Source: an uncultured bacterium
GTDB taxonomy: Bacteria > Zixibacteria > MSB-5A5 > UBA10806
DNA: 64,000 bases
Assembly (NCBI GenBank): GCA_965541585.1
Contig: CBEUCH010000002.1
Coordinates: forward strand, 32,001 to 96,000
Reading direction: 5' to 3'
The translations under genes and the position numbers were made by a program. The notes under the pieces are model-generated. The model made no database searches and had not been told where the DNA came from. It saw only the letters and a list, made by a program, of their open reading frames with translations. Below are positions 39,202-48,974 of the stretch, piece after piece. Within the stretch, counting starts at the first letter, position 1. Every line of letters starts with the position of its first letter.

Positions 39202-41538
39202 TTACATCCTGAACAGATACTGAAACTTCATAAAGAATTGGCGTGATGCAAGAGTGAGGTTATCGGATTCGTCGACGTCGCGATAATCATAAGTGGAACC
39301 GATATAGAATATCGTAAAGGGGTTCAGCTCGTAGCTCAAAAGCGGTTCTAAATCGAGCCTCTGGCTGAACTCGTTATACTGAATTATCAAACGCAGAAGC
39401 AGCTCCCGGGTGAATTGATAATTTATACGGGAGCGGTAGATATATCCGCTGAATAACTCCTCGCCGGTATCCTGCCTTTTTAGCTGAGAAAAGCGGTAGC
39501 TCTGCTGGATCTTAACATTGGGGAGCAATTTGACATCCACCCAGGCTGTGTAGTTGAGGCCGTCACCCAGAACGGGAGGGTCCTCGTTACGCGCTATCAA
39601 TGAACCAACGCTGATAAAAAAGCCCGCCTGCACCGGTTCGCTGAAATCGCTGCTTACATTGAATTCGAATATGTTCCTACCCGGAAGTGCCACTTCTCTG
39701 AAAACCTCCCGGGTGTAAATATGTTCGAAATTGACCCAGGTTTGCGCTTTTAATAGCAGGCTGACATAGGAAACCAGCCAGCTGTCTTTATATTTACTTC
39801 TGGTATTCCATACGCGCCCGTATACAAACCCTGGTTCAATTTTGTCTATGATTTTGCTTTCGGGATAAAAGTTGAGACCAGTCCAGAATTCGGCCTCCCT
39901 GTGATCGTTTCTGGTGATAAATCCGTTGTCGGCTCTGAACGTCGGACTTTCCTCACGGTAATCGCACTGGAAGTTCCAGGTTCTTCCACGGCGTTCAAAG
40001 CCGGTGTAGAGAGCATGCCCTCCGAAAGATTCACCGTCATACGATACGGTATGCTTGCCGCCGTCGAAATAGATTTGCTCGATATCCGCCGTCAGCGATG
40101 AATCGTCCGGCTCCTCCGAATATGACCCCACAACCTGTGCCTCCAATCGATACTTTTCCCTAAAACGCAAATTACCGTCGACACCGAAAACGGTATTGTT
40201 TCCGCCACCCTCAAATCGTCTGTCGGTAAGAAGGGCACCGATATTCGAACTGCCGCCAAAAGTCTGTTTGAACCGCAGTATATTCGAGTAGCTTTCGCCG
40301 CCGGCGACAAACCCGCTTCGCTCCTCAAGCGGTATGATTATGGGCGAGTCCTTGTCGTGCGCACTCATATAGGCGATATTGATGCTTCCCTTACGACCGA
40401 TCAGTTTGGCTGCCACGGTGGGATTGTTTATGGCACGGGTGTAAACAGCATCGATGAAGGTCTGAAACAGATCGCCGCCCTCCTGGAAAAACGGCCTTTT
40501 TTCGGGGTAGAACAATGCAAATGTTTCGTTAACATCGATCTGCGTCACGTCCGACTCCACCTGGCTGAAATCGGGATTGAGAGTCGCCTCAATCGATGTA
40601 CCGGTGGAGATATCGTAACGCAAACCCATCGAGACTTCGCCATCGACGTCTTTATTTTCGATACCGGAGTTACGGTCATCCGTATCCCGGATTTCTCCCG
40701 ATTGAAAACCGATTACCGAAGGCAACAACTCAAAACTGCTTCCCGGCTTAACGTTTTCAATGCCGGTTAAGGTGCCGAACTCGCACAGCCAGCAATTGAC
40801 ATCATCGTCGGTAAATGCCCATGAGCTGGTGGCCCGACTTTCCCGGGGACGCGTTCTCCAAAAGGTTGCTTTCCATTCCTGTTTCGGCTTATCGGGGAAT
40901 CTGAGGCTGGCGAACGGCAGGGCTATTTCTACCTGATAGCAGGAATCGGTTACGACTCCTTCCGATTCGAAGATCAGGTCGAAACCGATATCCTCACCCG
41001 CCGAAGTAACCTGTCGCCCGTCGCCCTGAATGCCCAGCGGGTTGACGAAGATTTCATATGCCCAGGCGCCGTCGCCGTAGGTATCGAGTATGAAGCCCAT
41101 GTAATCGTCGGACCAGATCCGGTCGCGGTCGGTCAATGACGAGCGTATGGAACCGGCGTCGCTATCGTAGCAGATGAAGGCGATATAAAGGTGAGAATCG
41201 TCGTAAGTGAGGAGCACCTCTGTTTCGACCGGAGGTTTTTCACCGTTGTCCGGAAACTGCTCGGAAAAATTCGTAGCTCGTGGAACGCCGATCCAACCCG
41301 TATCATCCAACTGGCCATCGATTTCGATTGTGCTTTCGAGCCGGGGGACGTGATACGTCGGCCTAATGTTTGGCTTGAAAGATTCCTCGTTATCCGCTTT
41401 TACGGGAATAACCAGTGCTCCTGTCAGGATGATCGATAAGAGAAAACTCCTTGATGACAATGGATATACTACCACGTTTAAAAATACGAAGCTTAAAAAG
41501 AAAGGTTTCGACGATCCTGTGGTTCTTGACGATTTCAT
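39202..41538 (-). CDS. CBM9-like domain + DUF5916-type beta-barrel outer-membrane protein
   Basis: IDGQLDD..W, 'ATLNPDFSQVESD', 'FYPEKRPFF.EG', C-terminal 'KFQYLFRM'. Start uncertain. Confidence 0.85.
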   Translation of the reverse strand: MKSSRTTGSSKPFFLSFVFLNVVVYPLSSRSFLLSIILTGALVIPVKADNEESFKPNIRPTYHVPRLESTIEIDGQLDDTGWIGVPRATNFSEQFPDNGEKPPVETEVLLTYDDSHLYIAFICYDSDAGSIRSSLTDRDRIWSDDYMGFILDTYGDGAWAYEIFVNPLGIQGDGRQVTSAGEDIGFDLIFESEGVVTDSCYQVEIALPFASLRFPDKPKQEWKATFWRTRPRESRATSSWAFTDDDVNCWLCEFGTLTGIENVKPGSSFELLPSVIGFQSGEIRDTDDRNSGIENKDVDGEVSMGLRYDISTGTSIEATLNPDFSQVESDVTQIDVNETFALFYPEKRPFFQEGGDLFQTFIDAVYTRAINNPTVAAKLIGRKGSINIAYMSAHDKDSPIIIPLEERSGFVAGGESYSNILRFKQTFGGSSNIGALLTDRRFEGGGNNTVFGVDGNLRFREKYRLEAQVVGSYSEEPDDSSLTADIEQIYFDGGKHTVSYDGESFGGHALYTGFERRGRTWNFQCDYREESPTFRADNGFITRNDHREAEFWTGLNFYPESKIIDKIEPGFVYGRVWNTRSKYKDSWLVSYVSLLLKAQTWVNFEHIYTREVFREVALPGRNIFEFNVSSDFSEPVQAGFFISVGSLIARNEDPPVLGDGLNYTAWVDVKLLPNVKIQQSYRFSQLKRQDTGEELFSGYIYRSRINYQFTRELLLRLIIQYNEFSQRLDLEPLLSYELNPFTIFYIGSTYDYRDVDESDNLTLASRQFFMKFQYLFRM

Positions 41539-41550
41539 GCTTAGGTATAG

Positions 41551-42030
41551 TTATCCGAGCTGCTTTACGAACAGCGGCTTCAGCCATTCGATTCCCAGGA
41601 CCATAACGAGGGTTACAATGATTCCCGCAATGATTACGCCGACCATGACCGCCAGCATGGAGCGTTTCCAGTCGAGATTGAAAAGCCAGGCGGCCACGCT
41701 TCCGGTATAGGCCCCGGTGATGGGCAATGGTATGGCGACGAAGATGGTCACGCCCCAGAAACCGTAATTATCGATCAGCCGGGCAGTTCTTTTTCGAACG
41801 CTTCTTTCGAACCAATCGAACGCCGTTTGATAGATAGATATTTTATACAGCAACCGATGGATCGTATTCAAAAAAACGAATACCATGGGCCCGACCAGGA
41901 AATTGGCAAGAACGCAGCCGGCATAGCTGGCCCATATCGGATATCCTCTCAGTAGCGCCAGGGGTATTCCACCCCTCAATTCCGAAATGGGAAGTATTGA
42001 AAGTATTAAAGCGTAAAGGTAATCGGACAT
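41551..42030 (-). CDS. Putative small multi-drug export family membrane protein
   Basis: 'PISELRGGIP' and 'FVAIPLPITGAYTG'. Confidence 0.88.
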   Translation of the reverse strand: MSDYLYALILSILPISELRGGIPLALLRGYPIWASYAGCVLANFLVGPMVFVFLNTIHRLLYKISIYQTAFDWFERSVRKRTARLIDNYGFWGVTIFVAIPLPITGAYTGSVAAWLFNLDWKRSMLAVMVGVIIAGIIVTLVMVLGIEWLKPLFVKQLG

Positions 42031-42159
42031 TCGTTCGCTCCGGCATTAATTTTGAGGGGTGAAATTACGTTTTATCACTGATCGTGTCAACATAATACCC
42101 GTGGCTGGATATCGAAGCTGTGCAATTCAATTCAATGTGATTGTTGCCTGAATAGAGAT

Positions 42160-42192
42160 AGCCCCGACCTAAAAGTAGGCAAGGTCGGGGCT
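42160..42192 (-). terminator. Hairpin, possibly the terminator of small ORF 42234-42344
   Basis: AGCCCCGACCT...AGGTCGGGGCT 11-bp stem; weak U tract. Confidence 0.5.
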
Positions 42193-42233
42193 TGAGGATA
42201 CCAGCGCCGACCGAGGCTGGGTAGCCCCGGTGG

Positions 42234-42344
42234 TTAATAGGTGGGAATTTTTATCAACATAATTGTTGTTGCCTCGGATAAATCTAAAGTAGATATGAAC
42301 AAGACAGTCGAAAGTTCGGCTGATGCTTTTTTGTACGGTCTCAT
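42234..42344 (-). CDS. Putative 36-aa small protein (absent from the ORF track)
   Basis: GGAGGT RBS 3 nt before ATG; MRPYKKASAELSTVLFISTLDLSEATTIMLIKIPTY; followed by two hairpins. Confidence 0.45.
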   Translation of the reverse strand: MRPYKKASAELSTVLFISTLDLSEATTIMLIKIPTY

Positions 42345-42624
42345 CTAACCTCCGGACTTGCCTGTGTCTAAGAATCTAATTCTGTAGCCAATACCTAATT
42401 AATGGTCTGTGATATTTTTGTCAATAGAAAAATGACTTATATCGATGATTCGAGCAAAAAAAAGGTATCGGCAACAATTAAGAAATGAAAGACATTTTGA
42501 ATCATTTGCCAGCCCTGATGCCCCGATCTTCATGCGTCAAAAAAACTTACAGGTCACCCGATTTGATTTTGTCGTCTGCCGGGGGGCTTTGGATGGGATC
42601 TTACGGGATAAAAAGATCTATTAT

Positions 42625-43044
42625 CTACCTGAAGAAAATTATCTTCCAGGTGTCGTCCGGCTGCCATTTAAGCTGCATCTTGGTGTATACCATGTGGCCG
42701 GAGGTCTTATCGATAAACGACACTTCGACCTCGGCCAGGGTATCGGCAACGAAAGCCTCGTTGACCAGTATCTGCTGCCTCAGCCATCGCGAGCGGGTGT
42801 CGCCGTCGCCCAGAAGCGATTGGATGGTTTTTTGACGTTGCTCGGATATTGCCAGGGCGGAATCTTCCGGCGACATTTCCATCAGGTGGGATAAAACATA
42901 GGCATCAACATCGAGAGTATTGACCAGGCCCAGCGAATCCGAGACCATGACAGCCTCGAGAAAATCAAAAACCACATTTTTAGGGTCCGGTTTACCCGAA
43001 CAGGCGATTAAGGCCATCGCGAAAATAATGTATAGCTTGCGCAT
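42625..43044 (-). CDS. Lipoprotein (NTF2-like?)
   Basis: Lipobox LIAC; 'PKNVVFDFLEA...WKII'. Confidence 0.75.
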   Translation of the reverse strand: MRKLYIIFAMALIACSGKPDPKNVVFDFLEAVMVSDSLGLVNTLDVDAYVLSHLMEMSPEDSALAISEQRQKTIQSLLGDGDTRSRWLRQQILVNEAFVADTLAEVEVSFIDKTSGHMVYTKMQLKWQPDDTWKIIFFR

Positions 43045-43333
43045 GTTAATATCATACCATTCGGGTATAGAATGTGCAATGAGTAAATGACAATTTTGCT
43101 TCTCAGAAAGCCTTCAACCACCGGTGCATTCTCCGGTCGACAACGAGCCCGATTCGGCGACATGAAACGTCTGGATGACTTAACGTCCACTTAATATGCC
43201 CTTGACGGCCTATGATAAAGTCATATATTTAGTATTGGCAAAGCAATATTAGGTTGCTTTCAATGCTCTTCATATCAGGCGATCACGCAATCGGCGTTTC
43301 CAGATAAGGAAAGTTTTTCGCGAGGAGGATGCC

Positions 43334-45454
43334 ATGAATCGATTACGATCCTTGATGGTTCTGGTATTAGCGATCTTGTGCGTTAATATGCTAACGCCCC
43401 TGAGCACCATTGCTCAGAACGTGGAATATGTCGGCTCGGCGCTGTGGAGCGGAATATGGGATTCGCAGATTATAGGAGATTACGCCTACTGCGCTTTCAC
43501 AAACGGCCTGGTCATTATGGATATCTCTAACCCTGCCGACCCCGTTGTTGTCAGCCAATTATATTATTATGGTGGGACTTACCATATTTTTGCGGCAGGC
43601 GGCTATGCCTACCTGACCAGTTTTGGAACCGAATTGAGAATTGTGGATATCAGCGATCCGGAAGAACCTTTTTTGACGGGGAGTATGGAAATCGCGTATT
43701 CCCATTCCGATGTATTTGTTTCCGGAGATTACTTGTATTTAGCTGAAAACGATTTGGGATTATATAGATTTCTTATAATAGATATATCCGACCGTTCAAA
43801 CCCGATATTGTCGGGAAGCTGTGAGATAGGCGATAATGGCAGAAGAGTTTTTGTGTTCGGCGACTATGCCTTTATTGCTCAATGGTATTCCGGATTTGAA
43901 ATCGTTGATATTTCGGATCCCTCGAATCCAACTATTGTGGGAAATTATGATACGCCACACAGAGTCTACAAAATCTTCGTTCGGGAGAATTACGCCTATG
44001 CGGCGGACGACAGTACAGGGCTTTTGATTGTCGACATATCCGATCCCTTTCATCCGGCGCTTACGGGAATCTGCGATACTCCGGGGCAGGCTAAAGATGT
44101 CTTCGTTTCCGACGACTACGCCTATGTTGCCGATGCAGGTTCGGGATTCCAGATTATAGATATCATCGATCCTGAGAACCCGGTGCTGGTTGGAAGCCAT
44201 GAGACGCCGAATACATGCTGGGATGTATACGTCTCGGATGCGCATGCCTATCTGGGATGCAACTCGCAGGAGTCGTCCAATATACAGATAATAGACGTCT
44301 CCGTTCCGTCAAACCCAACCTGGGTCGGGAGTCATAATACCTCGACTTATATTATCGGTGTTTATGTGGTTGACAGTTATGCGTACATGATCGCCCGTCA
44401 CGACGGTCTCATGATAGTCGATATCTCCGACCCGACGGATCCGATATTAACGGGAAGTTTAGATACCCCTGGATGGGCAAGGAGTATTTGTGTCTCCGGC
44501 AATTACGCCTATATACCCGAAGCGGCTGACGGGCTTCAGATTATCGATATCTCCGATCCGGAAGACCCAGTGCAGACCGGCAACTACAATACCCCCGAAA
44601 CCTATGTCGGGGATGTTTTTGTTTCCGGCAATTACGCCTACATGGCTTCCGGAGGTATTAAAATACTCGATATCTCCGATCCTTCGGACCCTGTACTGGT
44701 GGGAAGTAATGATGATCCGCCGATCCCTGTGAATATTCTTGTCTCCGGTGACTACGCTTATGTGACGGACTTGAACGGCAACCTGTTTATAATGGATGTT
44801 TCCGATCCTACTTCCCCCGCCTTCGTGGGAAACTGTGAAACCTACGGCGAACCGACAGGTATATTCGTTTCAGGTAATTACGCTTATGTTTCTGTTTTTC
44901 ATGGTTTACAGGTAATCGATATCTCCGACCCCTCGAGTCCCGGAGTGATCGGAAGCTATCATAGCTGGGATTACCATTATGATTTATTTATTCAGAATGA
45001 TTTCGCGTATCTCTCCGGAGAGCCCGGGCTTTCGGTTCTAAATATCTCCAATCCATCGAACCCGGTATTGGCAGCCAGCTATGAAACTCCTGAATCCGGA
45101 TGGGAGGTTTTCTGCATAGATGATCTTATTTTCATAGCCGATTTCAATTCTTTGATGGTCCTCCGTTTCGAGCCGCCTTTGAGCGACTGCGTTTACCTCC
45201 CGGGCGATATCGACCATAACGGGGTGGCATTAGAGCTCGGCGACATGGTCGCGATGATCGGCATCTACAGGGGCGCGGTGGGGCCGGCTTACACCTGCGA
45301 TTGCCCGCCCCACGGAGCGGATTTCCCCCCGGGGGCTGACCCGAATGGCAACTGCGTGCCTTCTGAACTGCCGGACGTGGTCACCGAGATTGCGGCTTAT
45401 AGAGGAATGGGGGACGTATCCGGATGTCCTGATTGCCCGGGCTTAAGGAGGTAG
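43334..45454 (+). CDS. Secreted LVIVD-repeat beta-propeller protein with C-terminal dockerin-like domain
   Basis: GAGGAGG RBS, signal peptide, many 'V.VSG.YAY....GL.I.DISDP..P..VG..DTP' repeats, C-terminal 'PGDIDHNG...ADPNGNC'. Confidence 0.92.
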   Translation: MNRLRSLMVLVLAILCVNMLTPLSTIAQNVEYVGSALWSGIWDSQIIGDYAYCAFTNGLVIMDISNPADPVVVSQLYYYGGTYHIFAAGGYAYLTSFGTELRIVDISDPEEPFLTGSMEIAYSHSDVFVSGDYLYLAENDLGLYRFLIIDISDRSNPILSGSCEIGDNGRRVFVFGDYAFIAQWYSGFEIVDISDPSNPTIVGNYDTPHRVYKIFVRENYAYAADDSTGLLIVDISDPFHPALTGICDTPGQAKDVFVSDDYAYVADAGSGFQIIDIIDPENPVLVGSHETPNTCWDVYVSDAHAYLGCNSQESSNIQIIDVSVPSNPTWVGSHNTSTYIIGVYVVDSYAYMIARHDGLMIVDISDPTDPILTGSLDTPGWARSICVSGNYAYIPEAADGLQIIDISDPEDPVQTGNYNTPETYVGDVFVSGNYAYMASGGIKILDISDPSDPVLVGSNDDPPIPVNILVSGDYAYVTDLNGNLFIMDVSDPTSPAFVGNCETYGEPTGIFVSGNYAYVSVFHGLQVIDISDPSSPGVIGSYHSWDYHYDLFIQNDFAYLSGEPGLSVLNISNPSNPVLAASYETPESGWEVFCIDDLIFIADFNSLMVLRFEPPLSDCVYLPGDIDHNGVALELGDMVAMIGIYRGAVGPAYTCDCPPHGADFPPGADPNGNCVPSELPDVVTEIAAYRGMGDVSGCPDCPGLRR

Positions 45455-45547
45455 TTGCTGGTAGCGCTTCACAGAAAACCAGCATCATGTCTGGAAGGCG
45501 TCTGATAAGGCAACCGGATGCAGTAGAGGCAAAGCGATAACGAAAAA

Positions 45548-46330
45548 TTATCCCGCTCTTACACTCCTCAAAACATCCAGCATCTGCGCATGTATCAGCC
45601 CGTTCGATGCCAGGATCTCACCCTTGAAAAAATCGCATTCTCCGCCGGTCCACGATGAAACTTTTCCGCCTGCTTCTTTAATCAGTAATATACCGGCTGC
45701 GACATCCCAGGGCGCCAGTTTGAACTCCCAGAAACCGTCGAACCGCCCGCAGGCTACGTACGCCGTATCCAGCGCCGCCGAACCGGCGCGCCTGACAGCC
45801 CGGGCCGACGTGGCAAAGGCTGCAAACTCCCTCAAGTTGTTATCATCGGATTCCCGTATATCATAGGGGAAGCCGGTAGCCAGAAGCGAATCATCCAGAC
45901 ACTCGGTTCTGGAGACAGCGATCCTCTCACCGTTCAGAAAAGCTCCCCTGCCGGGTTCGGCGGTGAAACATTCGTCGAGGTTGGGATTGTATATGCAGGC
46001 TGCGATTATTTCGTTACTCCTCAAAAGTGCGATTGAAACGCAATAAACAGGAAATCCGTGAGCGTAGTTGGTTGTGGCATCGAGCGGATCGACCAGCCAG
46101 AGGTATTCGGAATCCGTGCCGGATTCGGTGCCCTCTTCGGCCCTGAAGCCGTGATCCGGAAATTCGGATAAGATAATTTTCTTGATTAGCTCCTCCGACA
46201 GGCGGTCGACGTCGGTCACCAGATTGACCTGCCCTTTTTTCTCTATTTTCAGACTGCCGTGAAATCGTTCCGCCAATAATCTACCCGCCTCACGAGCAGC
46301 CCTTTCGGCTGAAATCAAGAAGTTACTCAT
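45548..46330 (-). CDS. suhB: Inositol monophosphatase family protein
   Basis: AEEG, WLVDPLDATTNY, RRAGSAALD, PWDVAAG. Confidence 0.92.
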   Translation of the reverse strand: MSNFLISAERAAREAGRLLAERFHGSLKIEKKGQVNLVTDVDRLSEELIKKIILSEFPDHGFRAEEGTESGTDSEYLWLVDPLDATTNYAHGFPVYCVSIALLRSNEIIAACIYNPNLDECFTAEPGRGAFLNGERIAVSRTECLDDSLLATGFPYDIRESDDNNLREFAAFATSARAVRRAGSAALDTAYVACGRFDGFWEFKLAPWDVAAGILLIKEAGGKVSSWTGGECDFFKGEILASNGLIHAQMLDVLRSVRAG

Positions 46331-48126
46331 GCCACCCTCTCTACCGCCTCCTGGTCCTTATATTGCAACTGGTAAAGGCGATGATAAATCCCGCCTAAAG
46401 CAAGCAGTTCGGAATGGGTTCCGATCTCTTTTATCATCCCCTTATGCAGGGCTATTATTCTATCGGAGTTCTTGATGGTTGACAGGCGATGGGCGATGAC
46501 GATGGATGTTCTTCCCACCAGGAGTTTCTCAAGCGCCTGTTGTATCAGGATCTCGGTCTCGGTGTCAACCGATGATGTGGCCTCGTCGAGTATTAAAATC
46601 CTGGGATCATAAGCGAGGGCTCGGGCGAATGCCAGCAGCTGTCTCTGCCCCAACGAGAGGTTAGCGCCGCGCTCGGTCAGAACATAATCTATCCCGCCAT
46701 CGAGTTTGCTCAAGAAACTATCGGCGCCGACGGTCTTTAAAGATTGAATGATCTCCTCATCAGATATTTCTTTGTTCCCCAGCCTGACATTGCGAGCGAT
46801 ATTACCGGAAAACATGAAAATATCCTGCAGGACAAGCGCGAAATTGTCTCTGTATTCCTTTAAAGGAAGGTTACGAATCGGAACGCCGTCGAGTTTTATA
46901 TCACCCTTTTGAAAATCATAGAACCGCAACAGCAGACTGATAAGAGATGTTTTGCCGGCGCCGGTCGATCCCACTACCGCTATTCTTTCGCCCGGCGTTA
47001 TTTCAAGATTGATATCTCTCAAAACCCATTCCTCGTCATTGTACGCGAACCAGAGATTCTCAAACTCGAGCCCGCCCTTTACAGAATCTGTTCGCCCCCG
47101 TTCCCGGGGATGGGTGACTTCCGCCTCTTTATCCAGGAGCTTGAATATCCTCTCCGAGGACGCCATAGCCTGCTGAAGAATATTGTATTTCTCGGATAGG
47201 TCTTTTATGGGGCGGAAGAACAACTCGGCATAATAGATGAAAGCTACCATCGCTCCAAGGGTTAGAGTCTCCCTGATAACCTGGCTGCCGCCATACCAGA
47301 TGATCAGCGCCACACTGACCGCACTCAGAAGCTCAACCACCGGAAGAAAAATGGAAAAATAAAGAACTGATTTCAGATGATTGTCTTTGAGATCGCTGTT
47401 TATAGTATCGAATTTCTCGAACGTCCTCTTTTCCGCGGCGAAACTTTGTATTACCCACATCCCGGAGATATGTTCCTGCAGGAAGGCGTTCACCTTTGCT
47501 ACTCTGGTTCTGATTCGTCTGAATGATTTCCTGACCTTTGTGCGGAAAATTATGGTGGCGATGAAAATCACGGGAACCACGACCATAGTGACCAAGGCCA
47601 GTTTCCAGTTTAGATGGAACATCATCGCAATGATTCCGAACAGGAGGATAATATCTCCGAATATGGCAACTACTCCCGATGCAAACAGTTCATTCAATGC
47701 CTGGACATCGCTGGTCGTGCGGGTCACCAACCGTCCCACGGGATTTCTATCGAAGAACGACAGTCCCAGATGCTCGATATGTGAAAATATCTTCATCCTG
47801 AGATCATACATGGTTTTCTGTCCCACCCATTGCATGATATATATCTGGAAATATTGCATGCAAAACTGGGCGACCAGAATCCCTGTGTACAGCCCGACAA
47901 TAATGGCCAGCCCTGGCAGATCTTTCGTCATGATATGATCGTCGATTGCGATCATCATCAGAATTGGTCCCGCAAGCTGTGCCAGGATGGTGCCGATCAA
48001 AAGTATAGTCGCCAGCGCTATGTGGAGTCTGTAAGGTTTTAGATAAACGAGCAGCCGTTTTGTCAGGCGAGCATCATAGGCCTTGCCGAGTATCTCTTCT
48101 TCCTGTCCGTATCCTTCATGAGCCAT
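46327..48126 (-). CDS. ABC exporter, fused permease/ATPase (MdlB-like)
   Basis: Six TMs, GSTGAGKT, LSLGQRQ, ILDEAT, IAHRL. Confidence 0.95.
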   Translation of the reverse strand: MAHEGYGQEEEILGKAYDARLTKRLLVYLKPYRLHIALATILLIGTILAQLAGPILMMIAIDDHIMTKDLPGLAIIVGLYTGILVAQFCMQYFQIYIMQWVGQKTMYDLRMKIFSHIEHLGLSFFDRNPVGRLVTRTTSDVQALNELFASGVVAIFGDIILLFGIIAMMFHLNWKLALVTMVVVPVIFIATIIFRTKVRKSFRRIRTRVAKVNAFLQEHISGMWVIQSFAAEKRTFEKFDTINSDLKDNHLKSVLYFSIFLPVVELLSAVSVALIIWYGGSQVIRETLTLGAMVAFIYYAELFFRPIKDLSEKYNILQQAMASSERIFKLLDKEAEVTHPRERGRTDSVKGGLEFENLWFAYNDEEWVLRDINLEITPGERIAVVGSTGAGKTSLISLLLRFYDFQKGDIKLDGVPIRNLPLKEYRDNFALVLQDIFMFSGNIARNVRLGNKEISDEEIIQSLKTVGADSFLSKLDGGIDYVLTERGANLSLGQRQLLAFARALAYDPRILILDEATSSVDTETEILIQQALEKLLVGRTSIVIAHRLSTIKNSDRIIALHKGMIKEIGTHSELLALGGIYHRLYQLQYKDQEAVERVA

Positions 48127-48144
48127 CAGAAATCCCGGGTGTCT

Positions 48145-48564
48145 TCAATCTTTGTTAAGATAGTAGGTAACGAGCGCTTTTGCGATAAGGGTATTGTCAG
48201 CCTTCCTGACTTCTACCTCTCCCACAGCTGTCCTTCTACCCTTATGGATAATCTTAGCGTCGGCAAAAATATCATCGTCGGCCGGCGCTATGAAATTGAC
48301 TTTTAGCTCGACTGTCAGCATATCCTCACCGCCGTCGATCATAGTGGCCAGCGCAAACGCCACGCTGGAATCGCACAAGGCCGAGATTACGCCGCCATGA
48401 AGATACCCTGCCCCCTGCGTCAGATCATCCCGGTGCTTGACCGTGAGCCGTGCGGTCCCGTATTCCAGCTTCTCTATTTCGAACCCCACCAGCGCGGGGA
48501 AGGGAAATTTCGGGAATTCGGCCCTGATCCGGGTTTCTTTTTGGGCGCTCAGTTTTCCAGGCAT
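48145..48564 (-). CDS. PaaI-family hotdog thioesterase
   Basis: LHGGVISALCD, TVELKVNF; start placed at MPGKL (uncertain). Confidence 0.88.
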   Translation of the reverse strand: MPGKLSAQKETRIRAEFPKFPFPALVGFEIEKLEYGTARLTVKHRDDLTQGAGYLHGGVISALCDSSVAFALATMIDGGEDMLTVELKVNFIAPADDDIFADAKIIHKGRRTAVGEVEVRKADNTLIAKALVTYYLNKD

Positions 48565-48863
48565 GGAGGCCAATATATATCTATGACGAACAAAGTCAAT
48601 TCGTTTGGGACAGGGCCCGCTAATTGAATCTATAACGACCATGATGTAAGCCCCAGGCGTTTTCGCCGGGAATATAATCCGGAAACAAATGCTGCTGGAG
48701 ACGTAAAAGAAGGTAAAGAAGCCGATGAATCAGGTCGGAAAGTCGTAGTCACTGAGGAGACGTTTTTTGCCGTCCTGCAGGTTAAATGATTGTGGCCATA
48801 ATGGAGGTAGTTTGATCCTCATCTCAAATATAAGACCATGCAATCCAACTCAACCAATTTATC

Positions 48864-48914
48864 ATTGACACGTAATTATGATGGCAGATATGTTATGGTA
48901 TTGACACATAATTA
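48864..48914 (+). promoter_or_regulatory. Promoter region with a 15-bp direct repeat
   Basis: ATTGACACGTAATTA and ATTGACACATAATTA 36 bp apart; TTGACA-N18-TATGTT. Confidence 0.5.
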
Positions 48915-48974
48915 ATGTTCGGTTTTAAGACAATGCGGGAGCAGGCATCTCGATGAACGGAATGGAGGTTTAAG

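Noticed and set aside
42445..42894. Plus-strand ORFs of 149 and 116 aa
   Set aside because: Antisense shadows of the lipoprotein gene at 42625-43044.
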